DNA of 64,000 bases from Ruminococcus sp. (lineage in GTDB: Bacteria; Bacillota; Clostridia; Oscillospirales; Ruminococcaceae), in contig JAFYFU010000019.1 in assembly GCA_017543595.1 (NCBI GenBank), forward strand, positions 35,622 to 99,621, written 5' to 3'. Of the stretch, positions 55,972 to 64,000 are shown piece by piece. The notes beneath the pieces were generated by a model. The model did not search any database and was not told the origin of the DNA. It saw nothing but the letters and a program-made list of their open reading frames with translations. Position 1 is the first letter of the stretch; every line of letters begins with the position of its first letter. Position numbers and translations under genes: made by a program.

Positions 55972-58164
55972 ATGTTTAAGAAATCAAAAATCACACGTTT
56001 CATAAGCTTGTCCGCTGCCGCTGTGTGCATGGCTTCGGCTATGAGCTTCGCACCTATCAGCATCTTGACCGCTGATGCCGCAGACCCTCTTACGGCTTTC
56101 GAGATTACCGAAGATATGAAGATAGGCTGGAACATAGGCAACAGCATGGACGCTACCGCAAGCGGCACAACAGCAGGCGTTGAGTCCGAAACAGCATGGG
56201 GCAACCCCAAGACAAATCAGGCTCTTATTGACGAAATAAAGGCAAGAGGCTTCAACACAGTCAGAATCCCCACAACATGGTACCAGCACCTCGATGCAGA
56301 CAACAACATTGACCCCGCATGGATGGCTCGTGTAAAGGAAATCGTTGACTACTGCTTCAATAATGATATGTACGTTATCCTCAACGTTCACCACGAAAAC
56401 TGGATTAACCGTGCAGACCTCGGTACTGCTTACAACGAAATGAAACCCAAGCTCATGAAAATCTGGCAGCAGATTGCAACAGAATTTGCAGAATATGACC
56501 AGCACCTCATCTTTGAGTGCATGAACGAACCCCGTGCAGCAGGTACTACTCACGAATGGTGGGGACCTCAGCAGGACGAAGTTGATACAATAAACAAGCT
56601 CAACGCTGATTTCGTTGAACTTATCAGAAGTACAAAATCGCCTTACAGCTCTACCCGTCTGCTTATGATTCCCGGCTACTGTGCGTCAAGCGACAAGACT
56701 ATCTTCTCAAAGATAGAAGTTCCCGATGACGACTATGTTGCAGTTTCAATCCACGCTTATTCGCCCTATACTTTCGTTATGGCAAAAGATGACGGAAACG
56801 GAAATCTCTATGACCACAGCACTTACACAGAGTCGTATTCCGCAGAACTCCACACAATTCTTGAAAATATCAGAAATACTTTCATAGATAAGGATATCCC
56901 CGTTGTAATCGGTGAGTTCAGTGCCTCAAACTATCAGAATACAGAGGCTCGCTGCGACTGGGCAACAGACTATATCTCAACAACAAAGAAATTCGGTATT
57001 CCCTGCGTTCTCTGGGACAATGACGCAAGAGGAAACTCTGACCCCTCGGAAGCTCATGACTATATCGACAGAAAAGCTGTCGTAAACAACGGCGCAACAG
57101 GCGATGCCGCATGGTATCCCGATTCCGTTCAGGTTGTTGATACAATGATGAAAGTTCTCGCAGACGATTCAATCGTATGGGGCAGCGAAGGCAAAGCTCC
57201 CGTTATAAAACATCAGGATATCTCAACAGGCAAGAAACTCCTTGACAAAGCTGTTTCCCTCGATGCAGCAATAGAAAACGGCAACTGCACACCCGGTCTC
57301 AATGCTACATGGGACGAACTCGAAAACAATGAAGTCGCTATCAAGTACACAGGCGATATCCCCGTTGTTGCGGTTTGTGACGGCAACTGGAAAGGCTGGA
57401 CCGAAATAAGCCCCTATGACGTTGACGAAGTAAACGGTATAGCTTACTACGCAGGCGACAGAATCAAGGCTGCATGGAGCGGTGATGCTTCCGAAATTCA
57501 GCACATCTTCGCAAGAACAAACACAAAGACCGAAATAACCGATATGGTTATCCTCGGTGCTTCCGAAATAGAAATCCCCACAGAAGAAGTGGACAAAACT
57601 ATTAAGTTTGACCTCAGCTTCAAAGATGTTTCAAGGACTGATAATCTTGTTTTCTCTTTCAAGACAACAGCAGGTTCTACAGCTAACGGCTGTGTAGGTT
57701 TCATGAACGGTGCAGACTGGGAAATGGTTGAATGGGAAACTGTTGCTGATTCAACAGGTACAGTTACTGTTGAAATCCCCATGAGCAAGATTCCCGAAAC
57801 TGTTGAAAACGGTCAGGCTCAAATCTGGTGGTGTGATAACGAAGTTTCAGACTTTACTTACGTTTTCAAGGGAAATCAGCCCGAATCAGAACCCACTTCC
57901 GAACCTACATCAGAACCCGATGTTGTACCGCCCACAGGCATTGTTTACGGTGATGCAAACGAGGACGGAAACGTAACTATCTCCGACTGCGTTACAATTC
58001 TCCAATACCTCGCAAACGGCGAAAAATATAAGCTTTCCGACCACGCAAAAGCTCAGGCTGACGTTGACGGCGTTGCAGGCGTAACAGGTAAGGACGCTGC
58101 TATTATTCAGCTTGTTGATGCAGGTATTTACAAGGCTTCCGAACTTCCCCTCAAAGCACAGTAA
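55972..58164 (+). CDS. Cellulosomal endoglucanase: GH5 (subfamily 4-like) + two putative CBM modules + dockerin
   Basis: Signal peptide; GWNIGN, ETAWGNP, VRIP.TW, ILNVHHE, CMNEPR (acid/base), IGEF (nucleophile), LWDN; C-terminal GDANEDG/ADVDG dockerin. Confidence 0.92.
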   Translation: MFKKSKITRFISLSAAAVCMASAMSFAPISILTADAADPLTAFEITEDMKIGWNIGNSMDATASGTTAGVESETAWGNPKTNQALIDEIKARGFNTVRIPTTWYQHLDADNNIDPAWMARVKEIVDYCFNNDMYVILNVHHENWINRADLGTAYNEMKPKLMKIWQQIATEFAEYDQHLIFECMNEPRAAGTTHEWWGPQQDEVDTINKLNADFVELIRSTKSPYSSTRLLMIPGYCASSDKTIFSKIEVPDDDYVAVSIHAYSPYTFVMAKDDGNGNLYDHSTYTESYSAELHTILENIRNTFIDKDIPVVIGEFSASNYQNTEARCDWATDYISTTKKFGIPCVLWDNDARGNSDPSEAHDYIDRKAVVNNGATGDAAWYPDSVQVVDTMMKVLADDSIVWGSEGKAPVIKHQDISTGKKLLDKAVSLDAAIENGNCTPGLNATWDELENNEVAIKYTGDIPVVAVCDGNWKGWTEISPYDVDEVNGIAYYAGDRIKAAWSGDASEIQHIFARTNTKTEITDMVILGASEIEIPTEEVDKTIKFDLSFKDVSRTDNLVFSFKTTAGSTANGCVGFMNGADWEMVEWETVADSTGTVTVEIPMSKIPETVENGQAQIWWCDNEVSDFTYVFKGNQPESEPTSEPTSEPDVVPPTGIVYGDANEDGNVTISDCVTILQYLANGEKYKLSDHAKAQADVDGVAGVTGKDAAIIQLVDAGIYKASELPLKAQ

Positions 58165-58174
58165 TTAATTGAAT

Positions 58175-58210
58175 AAAAAAAAAGCGGTTCTCGAAAGAGA
58201 GCCGTTTTTT
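58175..58210 (+). terminator. Intrinsic terminator
   Basis: CGGTTCTC-GAAA-GAGAGCCG then T-tract. Confidence 0.85.
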
Positions 58211-58290
58211 ATGTCCTTTTTCCGTATTCTGCATATAATGTAATGAGATTTATTCTCAGATTACGCCTTACGGCAGAATGGAGAGTTTCA

Positions 58291-59145
58291 ATGAACAATA
58301 TTTCCGAAATACTTATTGCAGGCGGTGATATGAGACAGATTTACTGCGCCCTTTCACTTTCTGAAAAATATGATATATCCGTTACGGGATTTGATGAGGA
58401 ATATATCCCGAAAAATCTAAAAAAAGCCGATTTGAACAAAAAATATGACTGTATAGTTCTCCCCGTCCCTGCGCTTGACGGAAAAGGTCTTGTTTCTTCT
58501 CCCTGCTTTTCAGGGGAGATATATTTAAATGATATAAAAAATATGCTCAAAGAAAACGGCATAATTTTTGCGGGGAGAGCTGACGAAAATACTAAAAAAT
58601 TTTTTAACAATCATGAATTTTACGACTACACGGAATATGAGGAGTTAAGCCTTAAAAATGCCGTTCCCACGGCAGAGGGGGCTGTAAAAATCGCCCTCGA
58701 AGAACTCCCCGTAACTTTAAACAGCCTTAAAATATTAATAGTCGGTATGGGGCGCATAGGTACTGCCCTTGCAAATATTCTCAAAGGTTTCGGTGCAGAT
58801 GTAACTGCCGCCGTCAGAAATGCAAAAGGTTCGGCAAAAGCCCGTATTTCAGGCATAAAATCCGTGTGTATAAAAGATATGGACAGCAATTACGGACTTG
58901 TATTCAATACCGCCCCGTCATTGGTATTCACAAAAGAAATTCTTGAAAAATTCAGTGATGATACACTTTTTATAGACCTTGCCTCAAAACCAGGAGGAAT
59001 AGATTTCGATTCAGCCGCAGAACTCGGAAAAAAAGTTATATGGGCTTTGGGTATCCCCGGAAAAAATGCCCCCGCAACCGCAGGAAAAATAATAGCCGAA
59101 ACTGTAATTTCTGTTTTGTCGGAAAGAGGTGCGGAATATGAGTGA
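58291..59145 (+). CDS. spoVFA: Dipicolinate synthase subunit A
   Basis: GGDMRQ, NAVPTAEGA..IA, GMGRIG, FNTAP, IDLASKPGG.DF, ALGIPGK.AP; start ATG 58291. Confidence 0.92.
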   Translation: MNNISEILIAGGDMRQIYCALSLSEKYDISVTGFDEEYIPKNLKKADLNKKYDCIVLPVPALDGKGLVSSPCFSGEIYLNDIKNMLKENGIIFAGRADENTKKFFNNHEFYDYTEYEELSLKNAVPTAEGAVKIALEELPVTLNSLKILIVGMGRIGTALANILKGFGADVTAAVRNAKGSAKARISGIKSVCIKDMDSNYGLVFNTAPSLVFTKEILEKFSDDTLFIDLASKPGGIDFDSAAELGKKVIWALGIPGKNAPATAGKIIAETVISVLSERGAEYE

Positions 59146-59722
59146 TATGTTAAAAAATCTTAAAATAGGCTATGCCCTGACGGGTTCTTTCTGTACCTTT
59201 GAAAAAAGCTTTGAACAGGCAAAAATTCTCCGTGATACGGGTGCGGAACTCATACCCGTAATGTCGGAAAATGCCTCCTCAACAGATACACGTTTCGGAA
59301 CAGCAGAAGAAAATATTAAAAAATTTGAGGAAATATGCGGCAGAAAAATTATATCCTCAATAAAAAATGCCGAACCCATAGGACCTCATAACCTTACGGA
59401 TTTGATGATTGTCGCCCCCTGTACTTCAAATACCGCCTCAAAACTTGCAAACGGTATCACCGATACAGCGGTGACTATGGCTGTAAAATCACATTTAAGG
59501 AGCGGAAAGCCCGTACTTCTTGCAATATGTTCAAATGATTCCCTTATGGGGTCGGCAAAAAATATAGGTGAATTATTTAACAGAAAAAATTATTATTTTG
59601 TTCCAATGCGTCAGGACGACTGCATAAAAAAACCCGCCTCTCTTGTTGCGGAGTTTAAACTCATTCCGCAGGCTGCCGAGGCGGCTTTAAAGGGCATACA
59701 GTTAAGACCGATTATTTACTGA
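59138..59722 (+). CDS. spoVFB: Dipicolinate synthase subunit B
   Basis: IGYALTGSFCT, AEPIGP, APCTSNT..KLANGITD.AV.MA.KSHLR, PMRQDD..KKP.SL. Confidence 0.95.
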   Translation: MSDMLKNLKIGYALTGSFCTFEKSFEQAKILRDTGAELIPVMSENASSTDTRFGTAEENIKKFEEICGRKIISSIKNAEPIGPHNLTDLMIVAPCTSNTASKLANGITDTAVTMAVKSHLRSGKPVLLAICSNDSLMGSAKNIGELFNRKNYYFVPMRQDDCIKKPASLVAEFKLIPQAAEAALKGIQLRPIIY

Positions 59723-60097
59723 TTATCTGTTGCGCTTTTCATATTCTGTTTTTTCTTTCCAGTCCTCGCCGATGTACTCTTTGCAGACATTTTCAAACCA
59801 TTTGATATCCGTAGTTTTTTCGGCAAGTTCTTTTTCTATTTCACGGCGGTGCTTTGCGTAGTAGAGCAAATCGTTGAGAAATTCTTCACGCCACTGTTTG
59901 AGTTTTTCCTCATCTAAGCCCTCACGCTCTGCAATTTCCGCTGTATCCGTGCCTTTAAGAATTTCTATTGCAACAGCATCTTTTTGTTCTCTTGACGGTT
60001 CGGGAGGCGGAGTCGGTTCTTTTCGGGGATAATAAATATAAATTATCCATATGATTATACAGCCGAATATTAAAAATATTACATGATTGTCCGTCAT
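59723..60097 (-). CDS. Small membrane-anchored protein with IS3-OrfA-like HTH
   Basis: N-terminal TM + Pro linker; EQKDAVAIEILKG...EIAEREGL....LKQWREEFL. Confidence 0.55.
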   Translation of the reverse strand: MTDNHVIFLIFGCIIIWIIYIYYPRKEPTPPPEPSREQKDAVAIEILKGTDTAEIAEREGLDEEKLKQWREEFLNDLLYYAKHRREIEKELAEKTTDIKWFENVCKEYIGEDWKEKTEYEKRNR

Positions 60098-60121
60098 ATT
60101 TTCCGCCCCCTGTCTGTCGGA

Positions 60122-62491
60122 TTATTTTCCGTATATACGGGCAGCTATGTCAACTGTCTGTTTAGCGTCCTTTGCATAGAAATCTGCGTGTATCTGTTCG
60201 GCATAGGAGGCAGTAAGAACCGCTCCGCCGACAACCGTTTTACATTCGGGATACTGTTCATTCAGCAGAGTTATGGTTTCCGCCATAGCTCCGAGAGTAG
60301 TTGTCATGAGGGCGGAAAGTCCCACAAGGCTTACCTTTTCTTTTATGGCGGTATCAACGATAAGCTGAGGGTCTACATCTTTTCCGAGGTCTATGACGGT
60401 GAATCCGTAGCTGTCGAGGAGGACTTTGACGATATTTTTTCCGATATCGTGGATATCGCCCTTTACAGTTGCAAGGACTACTTTTCCCTTTGACACGCTT
60501 TCGGAATTATTAAGTGAAAGTTTTGATTTTATTATTTCAAAGCAAGCCTGCGCCGCACCTGCCGTAAGTATAAGCTGCGGCAGGAAAATTTTTCCCTTTT
60601 CAAATTTTTCCCCTGCGCTGTCAAGTGCGGGAATGAGATAATTATTGATTATCTCCATAGGGTCTTTTTCCTTCATGAGTTCTTCTGCGGCTTTTGTGGC
60701 ATCATTTTTAAGACCGTTTTCAACGGCATACATAAGGTCGGGAGTGCCTTTGTCAGCCGTTACGGGCTTTGGTGCGCTGTCCGCATTTGCATATACCGAT
60801 ATAAATTCCTCGGAATTTTTGTCTATTCCCGTGAGAAGCCTGTAAGCCCTGACTGCGCCCATTATTGAATCTATATTCGGATTTATAATCGGAAGTGTCA
60901 GACCACTGTGAAGTGCCATTGTAAGGAATGTTCTTGTAATTGTTTCCCTGTTTGGAAGTCCGAAAGATATATTCGACACACCGAGAACGGTATTCAAGCC
61001 GAGTTCGGTTCTTACACGGTGAAGGGCGTTTATAGTTTCCATAACGCCGTCCTGCTCCGCTGATGCCGTAAGAGTAAGGCAGTCTATAAAAACATCTTCT
61101 TTCGGGATACCGTATTCAAGGGCTTTGTTTAAGATTCTTTCGGCAATTTTAAATCTCCCGTCTGCGGTTTTGGGTATGCCTTTCTTGTCAAGGGTAAGAC
61201 CGACAACAGATGCGCCGTATTTCTTTACAAGAGGGAGAATTTTTTCAAGGGATTCTTCCTCACCGTTTACGGAGTTTACAATGGGCTTTCCGTTGTATAC
61301 TCTCAGTCCTGCATCAAGGACTTCGGGAATTGTCGAATCAAGCTGTAAAGGTGTGTCACATATGCTCTGAATAGCCTTTACAGCCGTAACCATCATTTCT
61401 TTTTCATTTATGTCGGGAAGTCCCACGTTTACATCAAGGATTTCCGCACCTGCGTGTATCTGTTCAACAGCCTGACCGAGTATATAATCTATATCATGGT
61501 CAATGAGAGCCTGTTTGAAACGCTTTTTACCCGTAGGGTTAATTCTTTCGCCTATAACTCTCGGCTGGTTTATCTCAACACAGTTTACGGCTGAACAGGC
61601 TACACTTCGTTTTTTCGGTTTCTGCGGACAGTATTCGAGATTTTCAAATTTATTTGAAAGAGCCGCTATATGTGAAGGGGTAGTTCCGCAGCAGCCTCCG
61701 AACATCTTTACACCGAGCTTTACAAGCTTTTCATATTCATTCGCAAAATCTTCGGGAGACATATTGTATTCGTTGGTTGCGGGGTCGGGAAGTCCTGCAT
61801 TTGGCTTTGCTATGACGGGCAGAGATGTAAGTGAGCATATTTTCTCAAACACGGGATAGAGCTGTTCAGGACCGAGAGAACAGTTTACACCTATGGCATC
61901 AACTCCGAGACCTTCAAGAACTGCTACCATACATTCGGGCGATACTCCCGTGAATGTACGCAGATTTTCCTCAAAAGTCATGGTTACAAGTATCGGCTTG
62001 TCGGAATTTTCCTTTGCCGCAAGGACAGCCGCCTTGACTTCATACAGGTCTGTCATTGTTTCGATTACAATAACGTCTGCATCTTCACCTGCAAGGACAA
62101 CTTCCCTGTATATATCATAGGCTTCCTCAAATTTCAGAGAACCCGACGGTTCAAGGAGCTGTCCGATAGGACCTATGTCAAGGGCGACAAGAGCATCACC
62201 GAAAACTCCGTCCCTTGCATTTTTCACGGCAGCTTTTACGATTTCTTCGACTGTGTGTCCGCTTTCGGCGAGTTTAAGCCTGTTTGCGCCGAAAGTATTT
62301 GTATATACTATATCCGAACCTACTTCCGAATATATTGTATGTATATTCATTACGGACCACGGGTCTTCAATGTTTATAAGTTCGGGAATATGCCCCTCAT
62401 AATCCGTTGTTGATTGGAGCATAGTTCCCATTGCCCCGTCAAGGAAAACAAATTCCTTTGAACGGAGCAGTCTTTCAAGCTTTTGATTCAT
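60122..62491 (-). CDS. metH: Cobalamin-dependent methionine synthase (Hcy-binding + pterin-binding + B12-binding; no reactivation domain)
   Basis: GVNCS and GGCCGTT Zn ligands; IGERINPTGK; DIHDIGKNIV and SALMTT B12 motif. Confidence 0.92.
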   Translation of the reverse strand: MNQKLERLLRSKEFVFLDGAMGTMLQSTTDYEGHIPELINIEDPWSVMNIHTIYSEVGSDIVYTNTFGANRLKLAESGHTVEEIVKAAVKNARDGVFGDALVALDIGPIGQLLEPSGSLKFEEAYDIYREVVLAGEDADVIVIETMTDLYEVKAAVLAAKENSDKPILVTMTFEENLRTFTGVSPECMVAVLEGLGVDAIGVNCSLGPEQLYPVFEKICSLTSLPVIAKPNAGLPDPATNEYNMSPEDFANEYEKLVKLGVKMFGGCCGTTPSHIAALSNKFENLEYCPQKPKKRSVACSAVNCVEINQPRVIGERINPTGKKRFKQALIDHDIDYILGQAVEQIHAGAEILDVNVGLPDINEKEMMVTAVKAIQSICDTPLQLDSTIPEVLDAGLRVYNGKPIVNSVNGEEESLEKILPLVKKYGASVVGLTLDKKGIPKTADGRFKIAERILNKALEYGIPKEDVFIDCLTLTASAEQDGVMETINALHRVRTELGLNTVLGVSNISFGLPNRETITRTFLTMALHSGLTLPIINPNIDSIMGAVRAYRLLTGIDKNSEEFISVYANADSAPKPVTADKGTPDLMYAVENGLKNDATKAAEELMKEKDPMEIINNYLIPALDSAGEKFEKGKIFLPQLILTAGAAQACFEIIKSKLSLNNSESVSKGKVVLATVKGDIHDIGKNIVKVLLDSYGFTVIDLGKDVDPQLIVDTAIKEKVSLVGLSALMTTTLGAMAETITLLNEQYPECKTVVGGAVLTASYAEQIHADFYAKDAKQTVDIAARIYGK

Positions 62492-62501
62492 TTTTCAAGC
62501 C

Positions 62502-63362
62502 TCATTTTTTGTACGGGTGATATTTTATATTTTCAAAGACAAATGCAAGAGCCGCTATATGTGCGGGAGTAGTTCCGCAAGCACCGCCGAACATTTTTAC
62601 ACCGAGTTCCGTGAGTTCCGCACAGTGAAGCGCAAATTCTTCGGGTTCTACATCATATTCGCCTGTTTCGGGGTCAGGGATTCCCGCATTCGGCTTTGCT
62701 ATCACGGGCAGAGAAGTATTTGAAGATATTTTTTCAATTACGGGGCGAAGCTGTTTTGGAGAGAGAACACCGTCTGCGCCTATTGCATCAACTCCGAGGC
62801 TTTCAAGTGCCGTAACCATTTCTTCGGGGGATACACCGTCAGCGGTGAGTAAATTTTCACCGAATGACATAGTTACGATTATAGGCTTGCCTGAATTTTC
62901 CTTTACGGCACGGACAGCGGCTTTTGTTTCTTCAAGGCTTGTCATGCCCTCTATGGCAATTAAATCGGCATCTTTTCCTGCGATGACAATTTCCTTGAAT
63001 ATATCATAATATTCCTCATCGCTGAGTTTCTTTCCGACAGAACCGATATCAAGGGCGATGAGCGCATCGCCGAAAACGCCTTCCCTTGCATTTTCAACAG
63101 CAGACTTTACTATTTCCTCAACTGTATATCCGCTGTCTGCGAGATTCAATCTGTTTGCGCCGAAAGTATTTGTATAAACTATATCAGCACCGACTTCCGA
63201 ATATATCGTATGCATATTCATAACAGACCACGGGTCAATCATGTTCACAAGTTCGGGGATATTTCCGTCATAATCGGCTGTTACTTGAAGCATAGTTCCC
63301 ATTGCGCCGTCAAGAAATACAAATTCCTTTGAGTTAATCAGATTTTCAAGTTTTTCATTCAT
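62502..63362 (-). CDS. Stand-alone homocysteine S-methyltransferase-domain paralog lacking two Zn cysteines
   Basis: Closely resembles N-terminus of neighbouring metH; GADG replaces GVNC, GGACG replaces GGCCG; start ATG 63362 probable. Confidence 0.85.
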   Translation of the reverse strand: MNEKLENLINSKEFVFLDGAMGTMLQVTADYDGNIPELVNMIDPWSVMNMHTIYSEVGADIVYTNTFGANRLNLADSGYTVEEIVKSAVENAREGVFGDALIALDIGSVGKKLSDEEYYDIFKEIVIAGKDADLIAIEGMTSLEETKAAVRAVKENSGKPIIVTMSFGENLLTADGVSPEEMVTALESLGVDAIGADGVLSPKQLRPVIEKISSNTSLPVIAKPNAGIPDPETGEYDVEPEEFALHCAELTELGVKMFGGACGTTPAHIAALAFVFENIKYHPYKK

Positions 63363-63389
63363 TTTTTTATACCTCACTTTATAATAATA

Positions 63390-64000
63390 TCAATTTTTTC
63401 TGAATGTTCCGAGAACACGGAAGTATTCGAGATTTTCCTCCAAATCACGAATAAGAGCCTTTACCGAGGGGTCTTTGAGACTTCCGTTAAAATCAAGATA
63501 AAACCATGCGTCAAAGCTTCCGTCCTTTATGGGGCGGTTTTCAAGCCTTATCAGGTTCATTCCGTTCACATAGAATTTTGTGAGCAGTCTGTAAAGGCTT
63601 CCTTCCGTATGCGGAATTTTAAGCATCACAGATATAACGTCCGCATTTTCCGACGCCTGAATATCCTTTGCTATGCATATGAACTTTGTGCGGTTCACGG
63701 AACAGTCGGCTATATTTTCGGCAAGTATGCAAAGACCCATTTTTTCGGCACATTCAACAGAACATATTGCGGCGATATTCTCATCACTTTTTGAAACTTT
63801 TTCCGCTGCGAGGGCAGTATTTGAATATTCGGAAGTTTTAAGGTGATTGCCCGTAAGGAAATCATAGCACTGTGCGAGTGCCTGCGGGTGCGAATAGACT
63901 TTTTTTATCTCATCAAGGCTTATATTGTTCCTTGCCGCAAGACAGTGATTTATTTCAACATCTGTTTCGCTGACTATATAGACAGGATATTTTACCATTA
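63390..64000 (-). CDS. pheA: Prephenate dehydratase, 3' part (5' end beyond window)
   Basis: VYSHPQALAQC, SNTA.AA, N.TKF, ACT domain (PH..GSLY..L, NL..LE.RP). Confidence 0.9.
   Translation of the reverse strand, partial: MVKYPVYIVSETDVEINHCLAARNNISLDEIKKVYSHPQALAQCYDFLTGNHLKTSEYSNTALAAEKVSKSDENIAAICSVECAEKMGLCILAENIADCSVNRTKFICIAKDIQASENADVISVMLKIPHTEGSLYRLLTKFYVNGMNLIRLENRPIKDGSFDAWFYLDFNGSLKDPSVKALIRDLEENLEYFRVLGTFRKN

Noticed and set aside
59723-60097. Active IS3-family insertion sequence
   Set aside because: No DDE OrfB, no terminal inverted repeats and no target duplication; kept only as a possible domesticated domain.

Overview
This is a gene-dense chromosomal window from a cellulolytic, spore-forming Firmicute, most likely Ruminococcus or a related Oscillospiraceae genus. 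Evidence for that placement: a dockerin-bearing GH5 and M6 protease, cellobiose phosphorylase, spoVAD/E and dpaAB. The content is mostly core or housekeeping genes: rsmD-coaD, rny, prfB, tadA, citrate synthase, trpB2, metH, partial pheA and tRNA-Leu(GAG). It also has envelope and transport loci (Wzm/Wzt with a GT-methyltransferase fusion, TetR-MMPL-heptad-repeat protein, a heterodimeric ABC exporter), an ECF sigma/beta-propeller anti-sigma pair, and two small accessory XRE cassettes. I found no CRISPR array, intact IS, integrase or prophage. The most unusual observations are: (1) a family of ~97-nt structured repeats with compensatory base changes that sits in UTRs, including a 3-copy array before trpB2; (2) a tandem metH N-domain paralog that has lost two of its three Zn-ligand cysteines; (3) a stand-alone HEPN-like gene beside RHH and XRE genes; (4) an iteron/AT-rich origin-like element inside the glycan-export operon; (5) a shared alternative-sigma promoter motif; (6) three TetR operators; and (7) a prfB with no programmed frameshift. 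All calls come from reading the sequence by eye; no database searches were run.
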